Numbered from the stretch's first letter, positions 9,584-20,126 are shown. The stretch: 64,000 nt of DNA from an uncultured delta proteobacterium (GCA_963727445.1 CAVSGI010000010.1:672001-736000); one strand, 5' to 3'. Numbers and translations are program-made. The notes: generated by a model not told the origin, from the sequence alone.

Positions 9584-10777
9584 TCACTCGTCGACGACGG
9601 CCATGAACATGTCCGCGATGGCGCGGTGTCCGTCCGGGTTCGGGTGGATGCAGGTGAGATCGAACCACAGGGGCGTGCCGGGACCGCGGTAGCAGGGTGC
9701 CGAGGGGTCGTCGTGATTGAAGCCACGACCGCAGAACTCCTCGAGCATGAAGATCATGTCCGAGTCGGTCTCCACCGCGATCCGCATGTACTGCTCCTCG
9801 GCGTACACGACCATCGCGGCGAGGATCGACGGGTCATCCCAGGGCGCGCCGAAACCCGCCAGCTCGGCCGAGGGACACGCGGTCACGTCGCCGGTGCCGT
9901 CGGTGAACTCGAACATGTTGGCGAAGACGACGAAGACGCCACTCGGAAAACGCCCGGGCTCCTTGAGCCAATGGACGGCGTCTTCCATGTATTGCACGAA
10001 GAGGTGCACCTCGTCCCAGAGGTCGGCGATGGGCACCCCGTCGACGCCGTCGTTGGTGATGGCGGCGACGTCGTTGCCGCCCATCGTCATGATGACCAGC
10101 GTGCGCTGATCCCGCGCGCTCGCCGGGAAGCACTCTTCGAGCTGATTGCCGGCGCCGAGAAGATCGTCGGTGCGTGCACCCCACCTGGCACAGCTGGCGA
10201 ACGCGCCGGACTCCATCACGCCGGAGATCCCATCGACGGGGTTCGCCGACTTCCACAGGAGGTTCGGCGGATCGATCCCGAAGCGGGACGCCAGCGAATC
10301 GGCGAGACGCGCGCGGTAGACGTCGCCGCTGAGCGTGGGCGGCGTGCCGACGGTGACCGAGTCGCCGAGAAAGACCACACGCTCGATGCCGGTGATGTCC
10401 TGATGATTGGTGCCGAGGCAGTGGCTGCCGATCGTCGGCATGAAAGGCGCATAGTCCGGCGCGACCGGCGGCATCGTGGCGTAGGCCCCGGCGAAGCAAG
10501 CCTCGGCTGTCAGCGGTCCGGTGTCCGCGGCATCGACGGCCCCATCCGCCGCATCCGGCGCAGCATCGGCGGCGTGGCCGCCATCGCGTGGTGAGCCGAA
10601 GTCCGGCCGGCCCGAATCGGCGGCCGTCCCGCTGTCCACCACGGCGTCCATCGAGCCATCCCCGAGAGCGGCGTCCGATCCCGCGCCCCCGTCCCCCGTG
10701 GCGCCGCCGTCGTCGCCGCACCCACCCAAAGCGAGCAACGCAAAGACCCCGACGCTCATGAGAGACCACTCACGCAT
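9584..10777 (-). CDS. SGNH/GDSL hydrolase lipoprotein
   Basis: Lipobox LALGGC, block I FLGDSVT, block III GGND, block V CIHPN. Confidence 0.88.
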   Translation of the reverse strand: MREWSLMSVGVFALLALGGCGDDGGATGDGGAGSDAALGDGSMDAVVDSGTAADSGRPDFGSPRDGGHAADAAPDAADGAVDAADTGPLTAEACFAGAYATMPPVAPDYAPFMPTIGSHCLGTNHQDITGIERVVFLGDSVTVGTPPTLSGDVYRARLADSLASRFGIDPPNLLWKSANPVDGISGVMESGAFASCARWGARTDDLLGAGNQLEECFPASARDQRTLVIMTMGGNDVAAITNDGVDGVPIADLWDEVHLFVQYMEDAVHWLKEPGRFPSGVFVVFANMFEFTDGTGDVTACPSAELAGFGAPWDDPSILAAMVVYAEEQYMRIAVETDSDMIFMLEEFCGRGFNHDDPSAPCYRGPGTPLWFDLTCIHPNPDGHRAIADMFMAVVDE

Positions 10778-10876
10778 CGACCGACGGGATGCCCCAACAC
10801 CGGCCTCCCTTCAAATCGAGGCGACGGATTGCTCACACTCAGTGAAAGAGGTCGCGCAATTTGCTACTGCTCCCCC

Positions 10877-11794
10877 ATGCGGCAGCTCGCGCGCTTCGAG
10901 GAGAGGGACAGGGCCGAGATCCTGGCGGACACCCTCTACGTCGAGGGCATCGAAGGCCGCGTCGAGGAGGCGCGAGACGGCGCCTTCATTCTGTGGGTCG
11001 AGGACGAACGGCATCTCGATCGTGCCAAGGAGCTGCTCTCGCTCTTCGAAGAGGAGCCGGGGGACGCACGCTTCGAAAAGGCACGCAAGGAAGCCGAGAG
11101 TCGCCGCAAGAACGCCGCGAAGAAGGAAGCCGCCGCCCAGAAGAGAGCCGACAAGCTCCGCGCACGCTTGGAGCGTCGAACCGAGTCGGGCTACGGGCGC
11201 GTCACCCTCGGGCTGATCTTCACCTGCGTGGGCCTGGCGCTCGCGATGCAGTTCACGAACTACCAAGCCATCTATCGGTGGCTCGCATACGCAGGTCCCA
11301 CGCCCTTCGGCCTTCCCTGGGGCGGCATCCGTGACGGTCAGGTCTGGCGACTGGTCACACCCGCCTTCGTCCACGCGCCCATCATGGGCTTCGGGGTGCT
11401 CCACCTCTTCTTCAACATGTACTGGTTGAAGGATCTGGGGACGCTCTACGAGCGCAACACCAGCGGCCTCCGGTTGCTCCTCTTCGTGTTGGTGGTCGCC
11501 GCCCTCTCCAACACATTCGCCTTCTTCGTCTGGGGCGAGCAGAGCTTCGTCGGCATGTCGGGAGTGATCCTCGGCCTCTGGGGCTACGCGTGGGCGCGTT
11601 TCAAGATCGGCAAGAGTCACGAGTGGGCGATGCCCCAGAGCTGGGCTCTGTGGCTCATCGGCTTCTACCTCGTCGCGCTCTTCGGTCTCCTCGGCGGCGT
11701 CGCCAACGGCGTGCACACCGGCGGCCTGCTCGCGGGCGCTGCGTGGGGCGCGATCGCCGGACTGCGCGAGAGAGCGGGCTCGCGACGACCCTGA
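10877..11794 (+). CDS. Rhomboid intramembrane serine protease (GlpG-like, with N-terminal soluble domain)
   Basis: WRLVTPAFVH, HLFFNM, catalytic GMSG, His in ANGVHTGG. Confidence 0.93.
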   Translation: MRQLARFEERDRAEILADTLYVEGIEGRVEEARDGAFILWVEDERHLDRAKELLSLFEEEPGDARFEKARKEAESRRKNAAKKEAAAQKRADKLRARLERRTESGYGRVTLGLIFTCVGLALAMQFTNYQAIYRWLAYAGPTPFGLPWGGIRDGQVWRLVTPAFVHAPIMGFGVLHLFFNMYWLKDLGTLYERNTSGLRLLLFVLVVAALSNTFAFFVWGEQSFVGMSGVILGLWGYAWARFKIGKSHEWAMPQSWALWLIGFYLVALFGLLGGVANGVHTGGLLAGAAWGAIAGLRERAGSRRP

Positions 11795-11838
11795 CGCGTG
11801 ATGTGCGCGAGCGTGCGCGAGATGGCATGCTTTGCGCG

Positions 11839-13204
11839 ATGCGCTTCTTGGTCTCGCTTTCGCTGGCCGTCGCGATGACGGCGCTCCTCGCCCCCCGAGC
11901 CGAAGCCCATGGGCGCATTCCCGAGCTGGGGCGCATCTCGTTCCACCCCTCGAACGACGACATCTTCCTGGTGCGAGGCACCTTCGGCCTGGCGGTCACC
12001 AAGGACGACGGGGCCAGCTTCCAGTGGGTCTGCCCCACCGTGTTCAGCGGGCGCTGGACGGAGGATCCGGCCATCACCATCGCCGAGGACGGCTCCTTCA
12101 TCGTCGGCATCTTCGACGGCCTGTCCCGCAGCCCCGACGGCGGGTGCAACTGGGAGATGCCCTCCACCGATCTGTCCGCTCAGGTGGTGATCGACGTCGC
12201 GCGCACCGCCGACGCCACGCGGCTCTTCGCGCTCCAGTCGAGCGGCGGCACGGACAACGGCTTGTGGACGAGCACCGACTCGGGTGCGTCGTGGGTCGCC
12301 ACCAACCCCGCCATCGATCCCATCCTCTTCGAGACGATACGGGTCGCACCCTCGGACGCGATGCGCGTCTACCTCACGGGCGCTTACCCACCGTCGGCGA
12401 CGTCGCCTCGACGGCCCTTCGTCTACGCATCCGATGACGGCGGCGTGACCTTCGACTCGGTCGCCTTCAGCGACTTTCGCGATGGAGACCGCAACGTCTA
12501 TCTGATGGGGGTCGACCCCAACGATGCGGACCGCCTCCTGATCCAGGTGCGGGGCGCCGACACCGACCGGATCTACGAGAGCACCGACGCTGGCCAGACC
12601 TTCAGCGAGATGCTCAGCGTCCCCTCGATGGACGCCTTCGCGTGGTCGGAGGACGAGAACGACGGCGTGGATCGGCTCCAAGACGAACACCACCCTCTAC
12701 CAATCCACCGACGGGGGCCACACTTTCGATCCGCTCCGAACCGACATCACGGTGAGCTGCCTCGGTGTGCGCAACGACGAGCTCTTCGTGTGCACCGCCA
12801 ACTTCATCGACGGCTACGCCCTCGGCCGGTCGACGGATCAGGGAATGACCATCGACCCGCTCTTCGTCTACGCCGACATCGACGGGATCGTCTCCTGCGA
12901 TGCCGGGGCCGACGCGCCGACCGTCTGTGAGATGGAGATGGTGGACCTGGAGCGCGATCTCGGTCTTCTCGGCGACGCCGGCGTGCCGGATGGCGGCGAT
13001 GGATCGGTCGACGGCAGCACCGATGGTGGGGCCGACGGCGGCTCCGACGGGTCCGCCGACTCCGGTACGGATCCAGGCGGAGGCGGTTGCGGCTGTCGTG
13101 TGGCTGCGGCGTCCGACGACACCGGCGGCCCCGGATGGACCGCGCTCCTCGGCGTGCTGGCGCTCGTCGCTTGGCGCCGCCGGGACGTGGATCGACAGCA
13201 CTGA
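11839..13204 (+). pseudogene. MYXO-CTERM BNR beta-propeller protein, paralogue of 5401-6798; frameshift at about 12658
   Basis: ORF 11590-12930 (real start MRFLVSLS at 11839) joins ORF 12752-13204 if one A is removed at 12658-12659, giving ..WSEDETTAWIGSK..YQSTDGGHTF..; ends GGGGCGC-TM-RRR. Confidence 0.8.
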
Positions 13205-13271
13205 AGAGGAGGGCTAAGCTTCGGCCAGCCCCTGGGGTGCCGCGCGGCGCCGGCCGGGGTCGGAGGCGGCG

Positions 13272-14372
13272 ATGAGGAATTGGCTTATTGGAGCCCTCTT
13301 TCTAGGGGCGCTTTTCACCACGCATGCGGCGGCAGCCCAGGACGCCCGCGAACAGGCGCGCGAGAACTTCAACGCTGGCGTCCAGGCGTTCGAGGCGGGC
13401 AACTTCGAGCAGGCCCTCGAGGCGTTCCAGGAGGCCTACCGGCTCGCGCCCCACCCGACCGTCCGGGTGAACATGGCCAACTGCTACGAGCGCCTGAACC
13501 GCCCGCTCGAAGCGCTCTTCCATTTCGAGAGCTTCCTCGCCGAGTCGGAGGACGCGCCCGCCGAGCAGAGGCGTGAGGTGCAGGCGGCAGTGGAGCGACT
13601 TCGACATCAGATCGGCGAGGTCACGCTTCGCGTCGCACCCGACGGCGCGCTCGTTCGCCTCGACGAGTCCGAGGTGCGCCGCGCTCCCATCATGAACACC
13701 ATCCGCATGACCCCCGGCAGCCACGTAGTCGAGGTGCGCGCCGAGGGCTATCAGTCGATTCGTCGCGAGTTCATCGTCGAAGCCGGCCAGCCGGCCGACG
13801 TCACCATTCGCCTCGAGCGGGGCGAAGACACCGTCGCCGAGCCGCTCCCAGCCGTCGACGAGAGCCCGGTGGTCGAAGGCGAGCCGCTGCCTGCGGACGC
13901 GGTCGCCGCGCCTCCACCCTCCACCACCACACAGGACGTCGTCGGCCCCGAGCCACTGGCCGATGAAGGGGGCGGCGGCGGCTTCGAGATCACGACGCCA
14001 ACGATCATCGCCGGCGCGGCGACCGGGGCCCTGCTGGTCGGAACGGTGATCACCGGCATCCTCGCCCTCGGCGCGAACAGCGACTTCGAAGACGCCGTGA
14101 CGCGGAGCAACGATCCCTCATTGTCTCGCGCCGAACGCGCGCAGGCCCGGATGGATGGCACGGACGCGGCGTCGCGCGCGAACACCCTCTCCACCGTGAG
14201 CGACGTGCTCCTGGTGTCCACCATCGTCGCCGCGGGAGCGACGGTGGCGCTGTTCTTCTTCACTCAGCCGGACGGAGACGACGAGCCCGTGGCACACGGA
14301 CCCCGGATTCGCGGCGTGACGGCTGCGGCGACCCCCCAGGGCGGCGCCATCGTTCTCACCGGCGAGCTCTGA
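13272..14372 (+). CDS. TPR + PEGA domain secreted/membrane protein
   Basis: Signal peptide, TPR helices (AREQARENFNAGVQAF..ALEAFQEAY), PEGA (PDGALVRLD..PGSHVVEVRAEGY), two hydrophobic helices, terminal beta-strand GGAIVLTGEL. Confidence 0.88.
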   Translation: MRNWLIGALFLGALFTTHAAAAQDAREQARENFNAGVQAFEAGNFEQALEAFQEAYRLAPHPTVRVNMANCYERLNRPLEALFHFESFLAESEDAPAEQRREVQAAVERLRHQIGEVTLRVAPDGALVRLDESEVRRAPIMNTIRMTPGSHVVEVRAEGYQSIRREFIVEAGQPADVTIRLERGEDTVAEPLPAVDESPVVEGEPLPADAVAAPPPSTTTQDVVGPEPLADEGGGGGFEITTPTIIAGAATGALLVGTVITGILALGANSDFEDAVTRSNDPSLSRAERAQARMDGTDAASRANTLSTVSDVLLVSTIVAAGATVALFFFTQPDGDDEPVAHGPRIRGVTAAATPQGGAIVLTGEL

Positions 14373-14373
14373 G

Positions 14374-16170
14374 GTGCGTGCGTCGCCGCTCTGTTGGGGC
14401 CTCGCCCTCACCGTCGCTCTGGCGATGGCGGGATGCAGCGCACTGGTGAACCCGGATGAGAGCCGCCTCGGCGGGGCGGGCGATGCGGGGACTGGCGACG
14501 GCGGCCGGCCCGACGTGAGCACCCCCGACGGCGGCGGTGACAGTGGGCCTATGGACGGCGGGGGGCCGGACGCAGCGGACACGGGTACCGACACCGGCGG
14601 AGGCTGTTCGGGCGGCTGCGACGACGGGATCGACTGCACCACCGACGAGTGTGTCGCAGGCTCCTGCGTCTCGACCCCGAACGACGGAGCTTGCGGCGGG
14701 GGCGAGGTGTGCGACCCCCGGCTGGGATGCAGCGCTTCGTCCTGCACCACCAACGCTGATTGCGACGATGGCGCCTATTGCAACGGCGTCGAGGCCTGCG
14801 ATCCGGGCAACCCCGCGGCGAACGCGCGAGGCTGTATCGGGGGCGGCGCCCCCAGCTGTGACGACGGGGTGGCGTGTACCGCTGACAGCTGCGACGAAGC
14901 GGCCGACGCGTGCGTGAACGAAGCCAGCGACATGCTCTGCGACGATGGGATCGATTGCACCGACGACACCTGTCGCCCGGGCGCTGGGCGCGCCGACGAG
15001 CGAGGCTGTATCTACAACCCGCGCAACAGCCGATGCAGCAGCACCGACTTCTGCAGTGGTGGAAACGTCTGCAGCATCGAAGCGGGCGGGTGCACCGGTG
15101 GGACACCGCGCGACTGCAGCGACGGTGACGTCTGCACGACGGACAGCTGCGATTCCGCTGCCTCGATGTGCGTCCACGTCGGGCGCGACGAGGATGGCGA
15201 CGGTGCATTCGCCACCCACATCGGCTCGACGAGCTGTCCGACCGGCACCGACTGCGACGACGGCAACCCTTCGGTGCACCCGGGAGCCACCGAGCTCTGC
15301 AACATGATCGACGACGACTGCGATGGGCTGGTTGACGAGCTCTGCACGCCGATCCCCGACACGTGCGGCAGCGCGGAAGAGATCTCGGTGACGGTGGGCG
15401 GCTCGACCACCACCATCATGGGGAGCCTGGGCAGCTTCGCCTCCGACTACCAGAGCCCCTGCGGCTCTCCCGGCGGGCGCGACGCCGTCTACTACGTCGA
15501 CGTCACGACCCCCGTCGATCTCCTCATCGACACCATCGGAAGCGCGGCAGACACCGTGGTCGCCGTGGCCCTCGACTGTAGCAGCGACGGCTTCCGCAGG
15601 TTGGGCTGTGACGATGACATCGATCTCGGCGTCGATCTTCAGAGCCGCGTCTGGGTCCATCGATTCGGCCCGCCGCCGGGCACCTCCAGCGCGCGGCTCT
15701 ACATTCTCGTGGATGGGCGCACGTCGTCGGAGACGGGCACCTTCCAGCTCAACGTCCGCGCCAGCATGGCAGCCGCCGATGCATGCCTGTCGCCCATCGA
15801 CATCAGCGGGGGCGGCGCGTTGATCGGTTTCATCGCGCCAAGCACGGCCTCGGTCGGCTATCGCGGAAGCTGTCAGTCGGACGCCGCCGCCACCGAGTCC
15901 GAAGCGATCGCCACGATCTACGGGCCGCCCGACGGCGACATCGACATCGATGCCTTCTCGAACTTCTTCGATCCCGACCTGTACTTGCACCGCAACCGAT
16001 GCGCGACCGGCCCCGAGGTGGACTGCGTCGCGGGCGACGGCTTCGGCGCCGCCGGCTTTCGCTACCACACCCGCATGGGCCCCACCTCGACCACCCCGGG
16101 CGGCGACTACTACCTCTTCGTCGACGGCGTCGACATGGCTGGCGCCTACCTCGTCTCGTACGAGCCCTGA
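14374..16170 (+). CDS. Cys-rich lipoprotein with CDDGxxCTxDxC repeats, a MopE-like metal-binding motif and two PPC-like beta domains
   Basis: Lipobox MAGCSALVNP; four CxDGxxCTxDxC repeats; DEDGDG..DCDDGNPSVHPGATELCNMIDDDCDGLVDE. Confidence 0.85.
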   Translation: MRASPLCWGLALTVALAMAGCSALVNPDESRLGGAGDAGTGDGGRPDVSTPDGGGDSGPMDGGGPDAADTGTDTGGGCSGGCDDGIDCTTDECVAGSCVSTPNDGACGGGEVCDPRLGCSASSCTTNADCDDGAYCNGVEACDPGNPAANARGCIGGGAPSCDDGVACTADSCDEAADACVNEASDMLCDDGIDCTDDTCRPGAGRADERGCIYNPRNSRCSSTDFCSGGNVCSIEAGGCTGGTPRDCSDGDVCTTDSCDSAASMCVHVGRDEDGDGAFATHIGSTSCPTGTDCDDGNPSVHPGATELCNMIDDDCDGLVDELCTPIPDTCGSAEEISVTVGGSTTTIMGSLGSFASDYQSPCGSPGGRDAVYYVDVTTPVDLLIDTIGSAADTVVAVALDCSSDGFRRLGCDDDIDLGVDLQSRVWVHRFGPPPGTSSARLYILVDGRTSSETGTFQLNVRASMAAADACLSPIDISGGGALIGFIAPSTASVGYRGSCQSDAAATESEAIATIYGPPDGDIDIDAFSNFFDPDLYLHRNRCATGPEVDCVAGDGFGAAGFRYHTRMGPTSTTPGGDYYLFVDGVDMAGAYLVSYEP

Positions 16171-16205
16171 GCGTCCGCTCATGGTTTGCGTTACAGTTGC
16201 CCCGC

Positions 16206-19200
16206 ATGGGGGGGCTGCCACTTTCGCCGATGCAGCGAAGTCTGCTTCTGGATGCCTTGCGCGGTGGAGAGCAGGGGGTGGGTGTCGAGCAGTTCGTGGT
16301 GTTCATGCCCGAACGCGTGGACGCAGCGCGCCTCCGCACCGCCTTCGAAGGAGTGCTCGCGCGCCACGCGAGCCTGAGATGCAGCTTCCGCTGGCACGAC
16401 CAGCTCACGCAAGTCGTCCACGATGACGTGTCGCTCCCCTTCGAGCAGGTAACGCTTTCGAGTGATGGCGGCAGTGAGGAGGTCGAGCACTGGCTCGCCG
16501 CCGATCGCCGCCGTGGCTTCTCGCTCGATAGCGCCCCTCTGCTGCGCGTCGCCCTGCTCACCCGCCGAGCCGAGGAGCACCACCTGGTCTTTTCGTTCCA
16601 CCACATCCTCTTGGATGGACGGAGCACGCTGCAGGTCGTGCGCGAGGCTTTCGCCGCCTACGACGGTGGGTTCGACGATGATCTACCCACGGAGGTCGTT
16701 CCCTTTGCTCGGCATGTCGAGCACCTCGATTCGCTGGAGGAGGGGCGCTCCGACGCGTTCTTCGAAGCGCTCCTCGAGGCGTTCGAGGGGCCGACCCCCC
16801 TTCCCTTCGGCGCGCGGACCGAGCACGCGAGCAGCGGGCACCGTGAGCTCTCGCGAATCGTCCCCGAGGAGCGCGCGGCACGGATCGCGGCACGTGCGGA
16901 GGAGCTCGACCTGCGCTCGAGCAGCTTCTTCCAGGCGGCGTGGGCGCTGATGCTGGGCCGTCACGCCGAGGTGCAGGACGTCACCTTCGGCGGGGTCCGT
17001 GCCTGCCGTCACTCCACCGTGGAAGGGGCCGAGAGCATGGTCGGCGTCCTGATCAACACGCTGCCCGTGCGTGCGCGCCTCGATCCCGAGGCGACCGTCC
17101 GCGATCTCGTCCGAGACCTCAGAACGCAATGGGTGGCGCTGCGAGAACACGAGAACACCCCCCTCTCTCGCATCGTCGGTCTGGTGCGCGACGAGTCCGC
17201 CGACCGGCTCTTCGACACGCTCGTCATGTACGAGCAGTACGATCTCGCCACCGAGCTTCCTGCGCTAGGCGGTCCGTGGGCGCCGCGACGAGTGCGGCTC
17301 CTCGAGCACACGGGTGTCCCCCTCTCCCTTTCGGTCTACCACCAGGGTCGAGCGCGTCTCACGATCGAATACGACACGAACTGCTTCGACGACGCGGAGG
17401 TCGACGCGCTCCTCGACATGCTCGATGCGCTCCTCGCCGAGATGGTGGAGGACCCGGACCGGAAGCTGGGGACCCTCGTGGGACTGAGTCCCGAGACGCG
17501 TGACCGCGTCCTCGACCTCTCGGCCGGGCCGCCGCTCGACACGCCGGTCACCGACACCGTCCATGCCATGCTCTGGGCACGGGCCGGGGCAGCCGACGAT
17601 GCCATCGCGGTCTCCTCCGATGACGCGGTCGAGGGCCTCGACTACGGCACGTTGCGCCGTCGCGCGCATGGCTTCGCCGCGCGCTTGTGCGCCGAGGGCG
17701 TGACGCGGGGACAGCGCGTGGGACTGTGCACCGGGCGCGACGTCGACTTCGCCGTCGGACTGCTGGGCATCCTCGAGGCGGGCGCGGCCTACGTGCCTCT
17801 CGACCCCACATATCCCCCCGAGCGCCTGGCGTTCATCCTGGAGGATGCGTCGATCGCCCTGGTGGTCACCACCGAGCAGACGCGAGGAGTCGCGGAGTCC
17901 CTCGGGGCCCGCGCGCTGGTCGTAGGCGACGAGACTTCCGAGGAATCGGTGGGCGTGGAGGTCGACGGGGAAGACATCGCGTACGTGATCTACACGTCGG
18001 GTTCGACCGGTCGCCCGAAGGGAGTGCCCATCCGGCACAGCTCCGTGGTCCGTCATTGTCTCGCGACCAGCGAGCTCTACGACCTCACGGCCGAAGATCG
18101 CATCCCTCAGTTCGCGTCGATCAGCTTCGACATCGCCGTCGAGGAGATCTTCCCGACCTGGTCCGTGGGCGCAGAGCTCGTTCTCAGACCGGCGGATGTC
18201 GTCGACATCGCCGGTTTCACCCGATGGCTCGCCAAGCGCGGCATCACCGTTCTGCAGCTACCCACGGCGTTCTTCCAGCAGTGGGTCGACGCTCTCTTGT
18301 CTCAGGGCATGTCGCTTCCGCCGACGATTCGTCTCGTCATCGTGGGCGGCGAGGCAGCGACTCTCGCTGCATATCGACGCTTCACTTCCATCGCCGGACC
18401 GAACACCCGCTGGATCAATGCCTATGGCCCGACCGAAGCCACCGTCACCGCGACGACCTTCGAAGCGACGGGCGAGTCGCTGCGCGACGATCCGCCGATC
18501 GGAAAGCCGATCCCCGGGGCTTTCGCGTACCTCCTCGATCAGCGATCGGAGCTCGTGCCCTTCGGAGTGCCCGGCGAGCTCTACCTCGGCGGCAAGTGCC
18601 TGACACCTGGGTACCTGAACCGACCCGAGCAGACGGAAGCGCGCTTCGTCGAAAATCCGATCGTCACCGCGGGCGCGCCACGTCGCCTCTATCGCACGGG
18701 CGATCGCGCGCGGCGCCTGCCGACGGGAGACATCGCGTTCCTCGGACGCGACGACCGTCAGGTCAAAGTGCGCGGCTACCGCATCGAGCTCGGCGAGGTC
18801 GAGTCTGCGCTGGCGGTGCATCCGTCGGTCGTCAGCGCGGCGGCGAAGGTGTGGGGCGAGGGGGCCAACCGACGTCTGGTGGGCTACGTCAGCGGCTCCT
18901 CGGTGCTCGACACCGGGGAGATCCGATGCGACCTCGAGGGCCGGGTCCCTTCGCATCTCGTCCCCGGTCGGATCGTCGCGCTCGACGCGATGCCGCGCCT
19001 GCCCAACGGGAAGGTCGACTACGCATCTCTGCCGCTTCCGGCCGACGACGCGCCCAAAGTCGACGACGACAATCGACCCCGCACGCTGTTGGAGCACATG
19101 CTCCTCGAGTTGTGGCGCGAGACCCTCGGACGACGCGACATCGGCATCCACGACAGCTTCTTTGCTAGCGGCGGAGACTCACTCGCGGCCATCCGGCTCC

Positions 19201-20126
19201 TCAATCAGGCCAATCGCATGGGCCTCCAGGTGGACGGCCCGACTTTCTTCGCGAGCCCCACAGTCGCGGAAATGGCGGAAGGAGCCTGCGTACCGCGAGC
19301 CATGGCCGAAGAGGACGCGCGCTCCCTGGTGGTCCTCCAGCCTCGGGGCACCCGACCGCCTCTGTACTTCATGCATTCGACGCCCGGCGACCTGCTCGGC
19401 TACGGACCGTTGATCTACGCACTCGGCGTCGACCAGCCCTGCTACGGGCTGCAGTCGCACGGGCTCGGTGCTTCGGACGAGGCACACGAGTCGATCGAGG
19501 AGATGGCGCGTCACTACGCAGACCTCATCCTCCGCTTCCAGGCCGAGGGCCCGTACGTCCTGGTGGGCTGGTGTTTCGGTGGCCACGTCGCCCTCGAGAC
19601 GGCGCGAGCGCTCGGCCGGGCCGGCCGGCGAGTCGCGCCGGTCGTCCTGGTGGATGCCTTCCCGGCCATGGGACAGGCCGAACGGGCGCTGGCGAAGCTC
19701 CGGCGGGGCGCGACGTTGATCCGGCGAGGGCCCCGACGCTGGGTTACGCTGGGTCGGCGGCTCCTCTTTCGACCGCAGACCGACTACGACCGCGTGTTCG
19801 AGGTCGACATGGACGCGGGCGCTTTCGCGAATCGGCGACACGTCTACGAGACGAACATGCGAGCGATGGATGCGCACCGCACTCGGCACTACCACGGGTC
19901 CGCCTTGCTGATCCGCTGCAGCGAGTCGGACGACACCGTGACCGAGCGGGACTACGACTGGTCGCGCTTCATCGATGTGGTCGAGATCTTCGAGGTGGAC
20001 GCCACCCACGAGACCCTGCTCAAGGAACCCCACGCGACCGAAGTCGCGCGCTTCTTGCACGATTGGATCGGCAGAGCGTGCGAGCTAGAAACTCCACCGC
20101 AGAGTCTGACCGCTCGTCGTGGATGA
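16206..20126 (+). CDS. Single-module non-ribosomal peptide synthetase (C-A-T-TE)
   Basis: C domain HHILLDG; A domain YVIYTSGSTGRPKG, NAYGPTE, YRTGD, QVKVRGYRIELGE, PNGKVD; T domain GGDSL; TE domain GWCFGG. TACAGT -10 lies 8 nt before ATG 16206. Confidence 0.95.
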   Translation: MGGLPLSPMQRSLLLDALRGGEQGVGVEQFVVFMPERVDAARLRTAFEGVLARHASLRCSFRWHDQLTQVVHDDVSLPFEQVTLSSDGGSEEVEHWLAADRRRGFSLDSAPLLRVALLTRRAEEHHLVFSFHHILLDGRSTLQVVREAFAAYDGGFDDDLPTEVVPFARHVEHLDSLEEGRSDAFFEALLEAFEGPTPLPFGARTEHASSGHRELSRIVPEERAARIAARAEELDLRSSSFFQAAWALMLGRHAEVQDVTFGGVRACRHSTVEGAESMVGVLINTLPVRARLDPEATVRDLVRDLRTQWVALREHENTPLSRIVGLVRDESADRLFDTLVMYEQYDLATELPALGGPWAPRRVRLLEHTGVPLSLSVYHQGRARLTIEYDTNCFDDAEVDALLDMLDALLAEMVEDPDRKLGTLVGLSPETRDRVLDLSAGPPLDTPVTDTVHAMLWARAGAADDAIAVSSDDAVEGLDYGTLRRRAHGFAARLCAEGVTRGQRVGLCTGRDVDFAVGLLGILEAGAAYVPLDPTYPPERLAFILEDASIALVVTTEQTRGVAESLGARALVVGDETSEESVGVEVDGEDIAYVIYTSGSTGRPKGVPIRHSSVVRHCLATSELYDLTAEDRIPQFASISFDIAVEEIFPTWSVGAELVLRPADVVDIAGFTRWLAKRGITVLQLPTAFFQQWVDALLSQGMSLPPTIRLVIVGGEAATLAAYRRFTSIAGPNTRWINAYGPTEATVTATTFEATGESLRDDPPIGKPIPGAFAYLLDQRSELVPFGVPGELYLGGKCLTPGYLNRPEQTEARFVENPIVTAGAPRRLYRTGDRARRLPTGDIAFLGRDDRQVKVRGYRIELGEVESALAVHPSVVSAAAKVWGEGANRRLVGYVSGSSVLDTGEIRCDLEGRVPSHLVPGRIVALDAMPRLPNGKVDYASLPLPADDAPKVDDDNRPRTLLEHMLLELWRETLGRRDIGIHDSFFASGGDSLAAIRLLNQANRMGLQVDGPTFFASPTVAEMAEGACVPRAMAEEDARSLVVLQPRGTRPPLYFMHSTPGDLLGYGPLIYALGVDQPCYGLQSHGLGASDEAHESIEEMARHYADLILRFQAEGPYVLVGWCFGGHVALETARALGRAGRRVAPVVLVDAFPAMGQAERALAKLRRGATLIRRGPRRWVTLGRRLLFRPQTDYDRVFEVDMDAGAFANRRHVYETNMRAMDAHRTRHYHGSALLIRCSESDDTVTERDYDWSRFIDVVEIFEVDATHETLLKEPHATEVARFLHDWIGRACELETPPQSLTARRG

